This document shows, in pieces, positions 7,613-16,563 of a stretch of DNA of 59,605 nt (its first letter is position 1; each line of letters begins with the position of its first letter). Source of the DNA: a virus (taxonomy: Duplodnaviria > Caudoviricetes); IMG/VR virus record IMGVR_UViG_3300044615_000612, positions 1 through 59,605 of that record. The stretch is one strand, 5' to 3'. The notes under the pieces were generated by a model, which worked only from the letters and a program-made list of their open reading frames with translations, made no database searches and had not been told where the DNA came from. A program made the position numbers and the translations under genes.

Positions 7613-8559
7613 CAGATCCTCCGTATCGATCCCAGGTCCGGCAATGCACGGGCCGGGAAGCCCTGCACATCGGAGTACGCCCAGCAGTCACCACTGCGGA
7701 CACAGGTGGCCCAGTCATCCACCTTGGTGACGATCATGCCCGGGACCTGGGGCGGGAACGACGCCGGCCAATCAGGCACGGGCGTATTCCATCGGCCCCA
7801 ACTATTGGCAATGAAGAACACCGTGAAGGGCCAGTGTTCCTTGGTGTCGTCATAGCCTACGGTCGCCATATCATGGGCCCAGCCGGGCGACACGCGGGCG
7901 TGGTAGTTCTGGGCGTTGGGCTTGTTGCTCCACGCGGCCATCTGCCCGGAGTGGATCCCATACCCATTGGCCAGTGCGGCCATGGCATCTTCTACCGTGC
8001 GGACATTGGCGATGGTGCCCACCTTGTTCCGCTTGCACAGCTCCTGCACGGCGGCTGGTGTGCCACCCTGCCGGCCCCACTTCGCACCCAGCCCACCGTC
8101 ATACACCGACAGGTTGGCGATGCCTGGGTAGTCTTCACGCGGGCAGAATCCCACGTCCCTCTCAAACATGCTGGCCCGGGCAGGTGACATGCCCTCACCA
8201 CCATGACCACGCGCCCCGTAGGTGGGCTCGGTTGCCGTGCGGGCAAACCATTCCTCCGCCTCGCCCTTCAGCAGCAGGCTGACGGCACGTTCACAGTCAC
8301 GCGCGCCGCGACTGCCGTGGGAAACACAGTCGCCAACCGATTGCCTTTCGCTGAACGCAGTCTTGTCCAGCTGCAACACGTAGCCCCAGAGCAACGCACG
8401 CTTGCCTGCTCCACTGGCGGGTGCAGTGAAGTACCGAACGGGATTGCTGGCCAGGAACTCTTCCCGGTCCTTCTCGCTCGGCACGTAGCCCTGGAATCCG
8501 CCGGCCTGGTAGGCACGGACCAGTTCCTCCGGGGAATCGAACAGCTCATCTGGCGGCAT
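7612..8559 (-). CDS. Papain-like cysteine peptidase (C1 family)
   Basis: QSVGDCVSH (Gln/Cys), AHDMATVGYDD (His), IANSWG (Asn). Confidence 0.88.
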   Translation of the reverse strand: MPPDELFDSPEELVRAYQAGGFQGYVPSEKDREEFLASNPVRYFTAPASGAGKRALLWGYVLQLDKTAFSERQSVGDCVSHGSRGARDCERAVSLLLKGEAEEWFARTATEPTYGARGHGGEGMSPARASMFERDVGFCPREDYPGIANLSVYDGGLGAKWGRQGGTPAAVQELCKRNKVGTIANVRTVEDAMAALANGYGIHSGQMAAWSNKPNAQNYHARVSPGWAHDMATVGYDDTKEHWPFTVFFIANSWGRWNTPVPDWPASFPPQVPGMIVTKVDDWATCVRSGDCWAYSDVQGFPARALPDLGSIRRI

Positions 8560-9037
8560 CGGCTATCCCCCGCAGGGCCTTGACCAGGGCCGATCGCTTC
8601 TCAGGGGCAAGCGCCACATTCTCTAGGCCGATGGCGTTCACCAGCGTGTCGTTGATGGCCACATCCAGGCCGACGTACTTGCCCTTCAGGTCGGTCTTGT
8701 CAAACGCCAGGTCCAGGCTGGCAGAGTGAATGTCCCTGAACTTCCCAACGGTGGTGACGTACTTGTCGTCTCTCTCCACCACGTCAGCCAGCGCCCGGTA
8801 GAACTGGTACACCATCTCCCGGTCGGACTTGCTCGCAGGCCGCATGGCCACTGCAACGGGTGGCATCTGCTTCGGAGCGGCTGCGGGCCGGAACACCAAC
8901 AGGAGGGCGGCGATCACTCCGATGGCGGCGCCGTGCTTCACCATCGCACGCATGTCCTGCTTCTGAAGCAGCGGCCAGAGGTACACCAGGGCCACAATGC
9001 CGGCCGCGACAACGGCTGCGATCTGCTGCAACGTCAT
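8546..9037 (-). CDS. Membrane-anchored protein (2 TM plus helical domain)
   Basis: Two N-terminal hydrophobic segments; ATGA overlap. Confidence 0.75.
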   Translation of the reverse strand: MTLQQIAAVVAAGIVALVYLWPLLQKQDMRAMVKHGAAIGVIAALLLVFRPAAAPKQMPPVAVAMRPASKSDREMVYQFYRALADVVERDDKYVTTVGKFRDIHSASLDLAFDKTDLKGKYVGLDVAINDTLVNAIGLENVALAPEKRSALVKALRGIADAAR

Positions 9038-9921
9038 AGGATCACCTTGCACTTTCCGTCCAGGATGGCAGCGGGATTGATGAGGCCCCAGCCGAAGTCG
9101 TTGTCATGTCCAGGCTGGCCCCTGTCCATGGAGGTTTGCGCCAGGATCTTCCCGGCATGGCGGGCTACATGCTCCTTGCCGCATTCACACACAGCCAGGG
9201 CCAGTACCCCAGCCACAAATGGCGCAGCCATGGAAGTGCCAGATAGAGTCGCATACCCGCCTCCAACCCAGCAGCTGGTGATGTGTTCCCCAGGTGCGGC
9301 AACGTCGATCTCTTTGCCACGGCAGGAGAACTCACACACGTTGCCATCCCGGTCAACTGCGCCTACCCCTATCGTATTGGTATAGGCTGCCGGATACGAA
9401 ACTTTCCCGCCGTCATTTCCGGCGGCGCAGACCAGGGCTACGCCGGCCCTGTACGCCTTCTCACACGTGAGCGCCAGCCGCTCAGAGGTAACAGGCGATC
9501 CCAGTGACAGGACAGCAATGCAACAGCCGGCCTCCACCGCATACTCCAGGGCTCGGACCACCGCATCCATGGAGCCGAAGCCTGAGTTGTTCAGCACCTT
9601 GCAGGAGATCACATCGACCTGAGGCGCCACACCCTTCATGCCGTGACGGGCGGCAATGATCCCTGCCACGTGCGTGCCGTGCCCGTTGGTGTCATACGGG
9701 CTCTCGTCCCGGGTGAAGTTTCTGTGTTCCTTCACCGCCCCAGCAAGGCCGGGATGGCCGGGCTCCACGCCCGTGTCGATCACTGCCACCCGCACCCCTG
9801 CCCCCTGGTGCTTGGTCCAGAGGGCAGGGATGCCATACGCGGAGATACCCCAGTCGCATTCCCCGGACGTGAGAGAATGGGCGACGGCCTCAACGCGGTA
9901 GGGTGGCAGGTGGACCAGCAT
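9034..9921 (-). CDS. Subtilisin-like serine peptidase (S8)
   Basis: VAVIDTG, NGHGTHVAG, AAGNDG, SGTSMAAP. Confidence 0.95.
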   Translation of the reverse strand: MLVHLPPYRVEAVAHSLTSGECDWGISAYGIPALWTKHQGAGVRVAVIDTGVEPGHPGLAGAVKEHRNFTRDESPYDTNGHGTHVAGIIAARHGMKGVAPQVDVISCKVLNNSGFGSMDAVVRALEYAVEAGCCIAVLSLGSPVTSERLALTCEKAYRAGVALVCAAGNDGGKVSYPAAYTNTIGVGAVDRDGNVCEFSCRGKEIDVAAPGEHITSCWVGGGYATLSGTSMAAPFVAGVLALAVCECGKEHVARHAGKILAQTSMDRGQPGHDNDFGWGLINPAAILDGKCKVIL

Positions 9922-10262
9922 CACCTGCTCCGGATCAGCTGAATCAACGCTGAGACGATTGGCACCACCACGCTGACCAGCACCGGGATGGGGATCCCGG
10001 CCGCAGCCTGGGCCGTGACCATGATCTGGTCCCCCTCTTCCTCACTGATCGCCTGAGCGGTAAACAGAGGGAACGTGTCGATCACGGGCAGGAGCGCCTT
10101 CGCCACGGCGTAGACGATCTCCAACCGCTCGGCCAGGGTCGTTACTTCAGACCACTGGGCGACGATCGCGGACAGCTCCTTCAGCACACCGACGTGGCTC
10201 AATAACCACTTGACGATCAGGAACTTGTCAACCACTTTGATCACCCCCTTTCCTACGTTCAC
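9921..10262 (-). CDS. Hydrophobic/membrane protein (start may be 10235)
   Basis: C-terminal TM IPIPVLVSVVVPIVSALIQLI. Confidence 0.65.
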   Translation of the reverse strand: MNVGKGVIKVVDKFLIVKWLLSHVGVLKELSAIVAQWSEVTTLAERLEIVYAVAKALLPVIDTFPLFTAQAISEEEGDQIMVTAQAAAGIPIPVLVSVVVPIVSALIQLIRSR

Positions 10263-10572
10263 ACGCTATTGCGACCACCGCGTGGCCGGCTATATCCATC
10301 AAAGTCTTCTGTCTATCTATTGCACTGAGGGGGCCCCGGAGCCGGCGGGTTTTTTCTCCCACCCTGGCGACCTGATACAGCCAGGCTGCGATGCCGTCCT
10401 GCTCCACGCCCAGGGCGTTTTCCAGGGGGTCCTGACGGCAGCCGTAGTACCCACGCTTCCTGGTCAGGAGGCGGTACAGCTCGTCGCAGATCGCCCGGTA
10501 CGGGTCGTCGCCGGCCGGCGGGATCCACTCTGAGTAGGGATCACCATTCGACTCCCCTCGCGGCCATGACAA
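10228..10572 (-). CDS. Nucleotide-modification-associated domain 1 (DUF1599-like) protein; start uncertain
   Basis: LLTRKRGYYG...RVGEKTRRL...TLMDIAGHAVV resembles KNxDYG...RxxDKxxRL...DTLxDLANY. Confidence 0.6.
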   Translation of the reverse strand: MSWPRGESNGDPYSEWIPPAGDDPYRAICDELYRLLTRKRGYYGCRQDPLENALGVEQDGIAAWLYQVARVGEKTRRLRGPLSAIDRQKTLMDIAGHAVVAIACERRKGGDQSG

Positions 10573-10879
10573 TTCGGCCGTACTCGGCCCAGAAGGTGTT
10601 GTGGTGGGGGTCCTCGTCGTCACTGCACAGGTCGTTTGTGCGGGCGTGCGCCCACTCCTCGCAGCAGGTGTCCAGCATCGCATCCAGTTCCAGATTGTCC
10701 GCAACACAGATTTTCCCCCTGTCTTCGTCTTCGTCGTAGTCGAAATACCCAAGCATCCCAGGCAGTAGGGCAGGGGATCGCAGATAACAGCGAACCGGGA
10801 ACCTAACCGGGAAGGTCCGCTGGGCCCACCTGCGGAACTTCCGCATGAATAGCCTTCTCCAGTCTGGTGATAAGGTCAT
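10541..10879 (-). CDS. Small zincin-like protein with degenerate metal motif
   Basis: DTCCEEWAHAR (HExxH replaced by EExxH) and downstream HHNTFW. Confidence 0.55.
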   Translation of the reverse strand: MTLSPDWRRLFMRKFRRWAQRTFPVRFPVRCYLRSPALLPGMLGYFDYDEDEDRGKICVADNLELDAMLDTCCEEWAHARTNDLCSDDEDPHHNTFWAEYGRIVMAARGVEW

Positions 10880-11174
10880 AGAGTCGCTCCAGCTGGACGG
10901 TGACGAGCCACTCCCTATTGCTCCGCTTGTGCAGGACCACCGGCACGTCGTCTCCGGACTCCGCAATTGCCTGCTCCATCCACGCCCGGACGGCCTCCCG
11001 CTCCACAAACTTCACCTCCCAGTGCAGTCCGGGAGCTTGAACCTCCAGGTCAGGTGAGTCCGGACCACCGCGGAACTGCACCCCACGCCTGGCCGGTAGA
11101 CCCAGGCATTCCTGGATTGCCTTGGCAGCCAACCGTTCTCCACGCTTCCCCTTGTCACGCTGTGATCTGCCCAT
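10803..11174 (-). CDS. Holliday junction resolvase-like PD-(D/E)xK nuclease
   Basis: SQRDKGKRGER...SPDL...WEVK. Confidence 0.85.
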   Translation of the reverse strand: MGRSQRDKGKRGERLAAKAIQECLGLPARRGVQFRGGPDSPDLEVQAPGLHWEVKFVEREAVRAWMEQAIAESGDDVPVVLHKRSNREWLVTVQLERLYDLITRLEKAIHAEVPQVGPADLPG

Positions 11175-11269
11175 GGCACGCCCCAATCGTATTCGTAATC
11201 AATCGTTATGCGCTGAGTTTCGCGTATGAGTGGGGGCGTGATACACGGACCGTAGAAACACACGTTCTC

Positions 11270-11332
11270 AAAAACGACCCCGGCGGGGTCCGCGTGCCGG
11301 TTTATCGGTCCGGTGCGTGCCCGCCGGGATCG
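11270..11332 (-). terminator. Long GC stem-loop terminator
   Basis: Minus strand CGATCCCGGCGGG...CCCGCCGGGGTCG followed by TTTTT. Confidence 0.65.
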
Positions 11333-11339
11333 CTGTGGC

Positions 11340-11615
11340 TCATTCAGTCCTGATAAACAGGGGGCCATTGGGACCGACATAGGCGCCCAATGTGTTGAAC
11401 GACAGGTACTCCTCCGCCTCTTCGTCTGACATGCCCTGGTCCATCAGGATCTTCACGCACTTGGCCAGGTCATACACGGCCACGGTAGGGCTGTGATGGT
11501 TGGCTGTGATGCCGATCAGGGCGCCGTCGAAGCCGTCAGCCATCAGGGCCTCCGGGTTCTCTTCTGCCAGCTGTTCTTCCATTAGCTCGCCCCAGTCTCC
11601 GCGTGGCGCTATCAC
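11340..11615 (-). CDS. Conserved phage protein (ADGFDxAxIG...EEAxEYxxFN type)
   Basis: Recognisable motif set. Confidence 0.8.
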   Translation of the reverse strand: MIAPRGDWGELMEEQLAEENPEALMADGFDGALIGITANHHSPTVAVYDLAKCVKILMDQGMSDEEAEEYLSFNTLGAYVGPNGPLFIRTE

Positions 11616-12010
11616 GGCTGGCGACCTCCTGTCAGGTTGCGGTCTCGTTCATCCAGGTAGAACTGCGGGATCGGCTTCGGGTCATACCCCAGGTGGACCT
11701 TGCGTCTCAGACTGGCCAGGAATGCTGGGTCATAGTTTTCAGGGTCGGTCTCCTGCTTGGCCTGTAACAGGTGAGCCTTGGTCAGGTCCTGGTAGTTGCC
11801 GCACCATCCACCGCTATGGAGGACGCAGTGGCACCGCTCGCACAGTGTCAACAGGTTCCGACGGTCATGCTTGCGGCCGGCTCCCTGCTGAAGGTGGTGG
11901 ATCTCCATGCGCCTCCTGCCGTCTGACTCAGGCCACCAGCACACGGCACAAGACCGATGCTCGGCCGCCCATGTAGCCAGCTCCTGTCTGTCTGCTTTGC
12001 TCAGTCCCAT
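11612..12010 (-). CDS. HNH endonuclease
   Basis: CAVC...EIHH...NLLTLCERCH. Confidence 0.85.
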   Translation of the reverse strand: MGLSKADRQELATWAAEHRSCAVCWWPESDGRRRMEIHHLQQGAGRKHDRRNLLTLCERCHCVLHSGGWCGNYQDLTKAHLLQAKQETDPENYDPAFLASLRRKVHLGYDPKPIPQFYLDERDRNLTGGRQP

Positions 12011-12309
12011 GGGCAGCCCTTGGGCTCGCCCTGCTCGGCACGGAGCCGGTCGAAATCCGCCCCCTTGAAACGCCCGGTGGTCGGCTTACGCTTCCGCCTC
12101 TTCTTCTGGGCCTTGGCTTTGGCCAGCCAGGCGTTGGCCACAGCCTCCTGGCACACCGCGGCGTCACGGCCGCTCCGGGATCGACGGTCGATCTCCTGGA
12201 CAACGCAGTCCGGCACCGGGCTCATGGTGTTGGCCGCCCACAACAGGTAGGAGACCGGCACTTCAGACGAATCAAGGCCCTTGTGCCGGCCGAAGTCCAT
12301 CCTTGCCAT
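12001..12309 (-). CDS. DUF3820/QSregVF-like small protein
   Basis: MDFGRHKG...VPVSYLLW motif; strong SD. Confidence 0.75.
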   Translation of the reverse strand: MARMDFGRHKGLDSSEVPVSYLLWAANTMSPVPDCVVQEIDRRSRSGRDAAVCQEAVANAWLAKAKAQKKRRKRKPTTGRFKGADFDRLRAEQGEPKGCPWD

Positions 12310-12589
12310 GCGTCTCCTCCTCCAGTGCGGACCCCTTCCCTGCTGAAAAGGGGTAGGTGCCCTTCTCAGTGGCCAGGTGGCAGCAGGTCACGCCTTATCT
12401 GCGGGGTCTTCTCAGCTAGGACCAGGACGTAGGGGTGCGCCGATCGACTACGGCTCCGTTGCCTGGGGTTTCGCGCGTGACAAACCTTCCTTGGTGCGGA
12501 CTCGCCGCTCCGGCATAGGCCGGCGTTCTTTAGGCTGGCGCTGTTTTGATTTCTTAGACGGTGCTAGGCGGCCAGAAAATGACGCACCG

Positions 12590-13195
12590 TCAATCAGCCT
12601 GGGCCTCGTAATACATCCCTGTTTCACGGCTCACATCGAAGGCCGAATCCTCCGACTGGTACGTGGAATCTTGAACAGTGTACCCACGTACACGCGGGTT
12701 GGGAAGCGCTCCAATGAAATACGCATCCCGCCAGCTGATCCGATTGGTGGGCAAGCAGGCCAGGTTGCCGTCATCCAGCGCCAGGACGTGCCCGCACTTG
12801 TTCTGGTCAGGCTGAAGCACCCAGCCAGGCTGCGTCCAGGAGTCTGGCAGCCAGTCAATGGTGAACAGATACACCCCATCTTCATCCCCGGAACGCATGT
12901 GCGCAATGCACTCATGGTCCCGCAGGTAGCTGAAGACGTGGACCTCTGGCGTGAACGTGAAGCAATCCCACAGCTGGCAGTCCCCTAACGGTCGCTGCGG
13001 GGCGTCAGGGTGCAGGGCCAGGGCGTGGATGGGCACGTGCCTGTAGTGGGCACCGCTCTTGAGCATGACGTGGAACGCCAGGGCCCGGCCTGGCACGGAC
13101 GACAGGCCGAAGGCATACGCCTCCTCTACGCCTTCGTTGGTGCTGATGAATGGGAGACGCACCCAACACTTGATGTAGGGGATGTCAGCGTTCAC
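12590..13195 (-). CDS. Conserved phage hypothetical protein
   Basis: GRALAFHVML...VPIHAL...QLWDCF...GNLACLPTNRI; GTGA overlap start. Confidence 0.75.
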   Translation of the reverse strand: MNADIPYIKCWVRLPFISTNEGVEEAYAFGLSSVPGRALAFHVMLKSGAHYRHVPIHALALHPDAPQRPLGDCQLWDCFTFTPEVHVFSYLRDHECIAHMRSGDEDGVYLFTIDWLPDSWTQPGWVLQPDQNKCGHVLALDDGNLACLPTNRISWRDAYFIGALPNPRVRGYTVQDSTYQSEDSAFDVSRETGMYYEAQAD

Positions 13196-13335
13196 TTGGC
13201 ACTCCATGCCAAACCTGCATTGGCTAGCGAATAGGCAAACCACGTGAGCGCCATGCCGGGATCGCCCTTGCGGTACTGCTCCCACGCAACCGTGAGGTAG
13301 ACGCAGGCGACGATCCAGATGAGGGGCACGCTCAT
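13192..13335 (-). CDS. 47-aa two-TM membrane protein (not in the ORF track)
   Basis: Hand translation MSVPLIWIVACVYLTVAWEQYRKGDPGMALTWFAYSLANAGLAWSAK. Confidence 0.7.
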   Translation of the reverse strand: MSVPLIWIVACVYLTVAWEQYRKGDPGMALTWFAYSLANAGLAWSAK

Positions 13336-13493
13336 GTTTGCAGCTCCTCGGTACTTACGGCTTTCTTCTGAGGTTTCGTCTCGGCACGCAGGCGTTCGAT
13401 CTCGTCGGCTGCCTCATCCATGAGGTCGCATGCCGGAGCGGCGTAGCGTGAGTGCGTCCATCGACGCAGGCGATCGACAATGTCGTCCTTCAT
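13332..13493 (-). CDS. 53-aa DIVxRLR...EAADEIERLR-type phage protein (not in the ORF track)
   Basis: Hand translation MKDDIVDRLRRW...DEAADEIERLR; GAGG SD. Confidence 0.7.
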   Translation of the reverse strand: MKDDIVDRLRRWTHSRYAAPACDLMDEAADEIERLRAETKPQKKAVSTEELQT

Positions 13494-13780
13494 ACCTCAC
13501 CCCAGATCGATATCAGCTTGCCGGTTGCGAGTTCTAGCTGTGCGCGGAGGTTGTTTATCTGCCTTGACATTCGGACGACCTCGTTGTTTCGCAGGTTCCG
13601 GAGGTCTGTCGTCAGCTGCTCCACCCTCTCCTTCAACGACTGCACCTCTAAATGCAGCTGCTGGACCTTCGATGCATTGCAACAACTGTTGGGGCAGCAG
13701 GATGGCCCGCAGCTCGTCGGCGTGTCGGAGGTATCGCTTGGGTGCGACGAGGGTTGGCACGTTGAACTTCCGCATCCCAT
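13490..13780 (-). CDS. Possible coiled-coil protein overlapping the tail of the upstream nuclease gene; true start probably near 13670
   Basis: Heptad segment LEVQSLKERVEQLTTDLRNL; ATGA-coupled to the next gene. Confidence 0.4.
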   Translation of the reverse strand: MGCGSSTCQPSSHPSDTSDTPTSCGPSCCPNSCCNASKVQQLHLEVQSLKERVEQLTTDLRNLRNNEVVRMSRQINNLRAQLELATGKLISIWGEV

Positions 13781-14162
13781 CCCAGATCACCTGCTCCTTC
13801 CAGTGTTCGTCTCGGTCCAAAACGCACAGCCACACCCACTCACCCGTCTTCTGACTGAGATACACCCACGCAAACGGTGTTGTGCCCTTGGCTAATCCAT
13901 TCAGGTCATCAACAAACACCGTGCCGTGCGGCCAATCACCGGGCTCGGTGAATGTCAGGTTCCTGAGCTTCAGTTCGATCTGCACTGCACCTACGCTGTC
14001 AGGGTTTGGGCAGTGGTCGGTCCTTGGGTTGTGGTTAGGCAGGACGATTTTCTTGCCGTGCGCCACTGACAGACCCTCGCCTCTCCTCTCGTCTACCCAG
14101 GAGCGCTCGGCGTGATGCGCGGATGCCAGCACTTCCAAGAACCGCTCTCTTGACCAGTTCAT
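13497..14162 (-). CDS. Putative PD-(D/E)xK-type nuclease
   Basis: AE...PD...IELK pattern; AGGAGG SD. Confidence 0.6.
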   Translation of the reverse strand: MNWSRERFLEVLASAHHAERSWVDERRGEGLSVAHGKKIVLPNHNPRTDHCPNPDSVGAVQIELKLRNLTFTEPGDWPHGTVFVDDLNGLAKGTTPFAWVYLSQKTGEWVWLCVLDRDEHWKEQVIWDGMRKFNVPTLVAPKRYLRHADELRAILLPQQLLQCIEGPAAAFRGAVVEGEGGAADDRPPEPAKQRGRPNVKADKQPPRTARTRNRQADIDLG

Positions 14163-14493
14163 TTCGCCTCCTGACCTCGGATGCCCGGGATCTCAGCTCA
14201 TCTGGCCACACCTCTTCCTCAGTAATGTCCTCCCAAAGCTCGGTAGAAAGCGGTTCACTCTCACGTAGTTCGACCACGCGCTCTAACACGCTGCGAACAT
14301 CCTTCACTGGCATGCCGAATGCCCTGGCAATGTCCAATTCGTCACGGCCTGGGTAATTCGCGCTCAGGACGATCAGCCGGTCGCGGCTTGGCAGCCCGTG
14401 GATCCGGAGCAGGCCGGTAATTCTGGCCCCCACTTCGCGGTTTAGACCTAGCTGGTAGTACACCGGCAGCGGTGGTTCCTTGTTGACGATCAC
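14035..14493 (-). CDS. Hypothetical HTH-like protein; start uncertain
   Basis: ELDIARAFGMPVKDVRSVL. Confidence 0.55.
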   Translation of the reverse strand: MIVNKEPPLPVYYQLGLNREVGARITGLLRIHGLPSRDRLIVLSANYPGRDELDIARAFGMPVKDVRSVLERVVELRESEPLSTELWEDITEEEVWPDELRSRASEVRRRNELVKRAVLGSAGIRASRRALLGRREERRGSVSGARQENRPA

Positions 14494-14624
14494 CCGCCGG
14501 TGCAGGTCCGGCGCCAGCGTCAGGGGCACGCCCGTAGAACCAATCCGCCACTCGTTGCCAAAGCGTCCTGCCACGCGGTTTCTCCCTGGCCGGAAACGGC
14601 CACGCCTCGTCCAACTGAAACACT

Positions 14625-16166
14625 TCACCCAGCTCTCGCACTGTCTCTGCGAGCAGCAGCCCGTCTGGACCGCTCGCGGTAGAAGAAGGATCGCTGCCAG
14701 GGCTGGAGCCATGGCTGCTGGATTGCCCATCCGATGTACTCATCGTCACACTCCCCCATGGTCCGGCCCGCGTACTTCCCACGCAGAGGTACGCGGTACT
14801 CAGAGATGCACTTCTTCCTCCCCAGTTCCACGTCGGTGGCGAACAGGGTGCCCGTGGCCTGGCCCTTCTGTGCCTTCAGCCCCTCTTCCAGGAGCTTGGC
14901 CTTACGCACGTCCTCGGCCGCCTGGGCAAGCAGGTCCAGCGGATCGTCGTCCTTCTCCTCCGCCAGCTGGCGGGCTCGGACGATCACCTCTTGGTGAGTC
15001 CCCTCGGCGGCGAACATGTCCACCGCGGTGCGGACGCTATGCGAGGCGCTGCAATCGGTTATGTCCACCACCTTGAACCACGGCTTGCCTGAGCCGGCGA
15101 TGGCGGCACGCCTCGCCTCCACGCTGGTGTGACACTGCTCGGAGTCCAGGCACCCAGACTCAGGCCGGGTGACTCTGCCGACGATCTGAAGCCAAAGCAC
15201 ACGGCTCTTGGTCGGTCTCCCCAGGATCACGGTGCGGGCGACGGGTGCGTCAAAACCCATGGTGGCGATCTGACAGTTGGCCAGCACATCCAGCTCTCCG
15301 CGTCGGAACTGGTTGATGATCCTGTTCCGCTCGTCTTCCGACTGGAGGTAGGTGTTGCCGGCGATCCACGCCGCCCTCATCCCGTACTGGGACGCGGCCA
15401 TCTCGGCATACGCCTTGGCACTGCGCACACCGGGCAGGAACGCCAGGGCAGGGCCCTCCCGCTCTTCACGGGTTGTCAGGCACAGCTGATGGAGCGGCCG
15501 GCTGCATCCCATGACCATGTCCAGGTCGGACGCGCTGTAGTCGCCGGCACTGACGCTGACCTGCCTCAGATCCAGATCAGTGCAGCGGACCAGCTTGCAC
15601 CTGGGGGGGACGCACCAGGCGTCATCGATGCCCGCCTGGAGGCCGTAGTCGAAGGCTGTGTGTTCGTAGAACTCACGGAGCGCGCGGCCGTCCATGCGGA
15701 AAGGCGTGGCCGTGAATCCAATGACCGTGGCCCCGTGATCCCGGAGGTCACGCAGCATGGCTAGGCACGGCTCGCTGAACTGCGTGTGTGCCTCATCGAC
15801 AATGACGAGGTCGAACCCGCGGAACCGCTCGTATCGCTTCTCGCCCCGTCCGCTCAGGAGGGTCTGGCGTGACGCCACCACCACCCTTCCGCCACCCAGC
15901 CACATGTCGGTCTGGGCTGCGAACTGCGCCATCTCTATCTCAGGGCGCTCATCGCACCAGCGGGCAAAAGTGTCCGCCCCCTGCCATGCCAGCTCACGCA
16001 TGGGGACGATCATGAGGATCCGTGCGTCCGGGTAGGTGTTCGCCAGATGTGCGAACATCACGGTCTTCCCTGACCCGGTAAACACGCTGCACAGCATGGT
16101 GCGGTAGTGCGGCATGGCCTCCACTACTGCATCAACGCACCGCTGCTGGTAATCCCTTACTCGCAT
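14625..16166 (-). CDS. Superfamily II (DExH) DNA helicase
   Basis: LRDYQ-like Q motif, TGSGKT, VDEAH, TATP, GFDAP, QIVGRVTR. Confidence 0.93.
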   Translation of the reverse strand: MRVRDYQQRCVDAVVEAMPHYRTMLCSVFTGSGKTVMFAHLANTYPDARILMIVPMRELAWQGADTFARWCDERPEIEMAQFAAQTDMWLGGGRVVVASRQTLLSGRGEKRYERFRGFDLVIVDEAHTQFSEPCLAMLRDLRDHGATVIGFTATPFRMDGRALREFYEHTAFDYGLQAGIDDAWCVPPRCKLVRCTDLDLRQVSVSAGDYSASDLDMVMGCSRPLHQLCLTTREEREGPALAFLPGVRSAKAYAEMAASQYGMRAAWIAGNTYLQSEDERNRIINQFRRGELDVLANCQIATMGFDAPVARTVILGRPTKSRVLWLQIVGRVTRPESGCLDSEQCHTSVEARRAAIAGSGKPWFKVVDITDCSASHSVRTAVDMFAAEGTHQEVIVRARQLAEEKDDDPLDLLAQAAEDVRKAKLLEEGLKAQKGQATGTLFATDVELGRKKCISEYRVPLRGKYAGRTMGECDDEYIGWAIQQPWLQPWQRSFFYRERSRRAAARRDSARAG

Positions 16167-16245
16167 CGCTCATCTCCAAGGCGGTGGCGCCGGGGGCATC
16201 CGCCCCCAGCGCCGCAATCCGTTCGCCCTAGCCGTCCCTGGCTGG

Positions 16246-16563
16246 TCAGAAGGCTTCGGTTCGCCCTCCCGGCGACCCAAGCAGCTGGAGGCTCTTCACG
16301 TCCACGCTCCACGCCTCACGCTTCTGACCGTCCTTTTCGTACTTCCGGCACCGGAGAGTGCCCGTGATCGCCACTGACTTGCCCCGGGTCAGGTACTCAG
16401 TCACCTTGCCCGGTCGCCACAGGTCGCAGTTGAGGAACATCGTCTCGTCCTTCCGACCGTTGACCGCGATTGCGAACGACGCCACCTCCGACTCTCCGAC
16501 TGCCTTCAGCTCGGCGTCCCTCGTCAGATTCCCCGTTCCCGTCCAGACGTTCAGGTTCTCCAT
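16246..16563 (-). CDS. ssb: Single-stranded DNA-binding protein
   Basis: GNLTRDAEL...FAIAVN...YLTRGKSVAITGTL. Confidence 0.92.
   Translation of the reverse strand: MENLNVWTGTGNLTRDAELKAVGESEVASFAIAVNGRKDETMFLNCDLWRPGKVTEYLTRGKSVAITGTLRCRKYEKDGQKREAWSVDVKSLQLLGSPGGRTEAF

Noticed and set aside
11612-12010. HNH as an intron- or intein-associated homing element
   Set aside because: It is free-standing, overlaps its neighbours normally, and no split host gene flanks it.
14342-14623. Possible small gene MFQLDEAWPF... after the helicase
   Set aside because: It would fill a gap, but about half of it overlaps the next gene and it has no recognisable motif; support is too weak to list.
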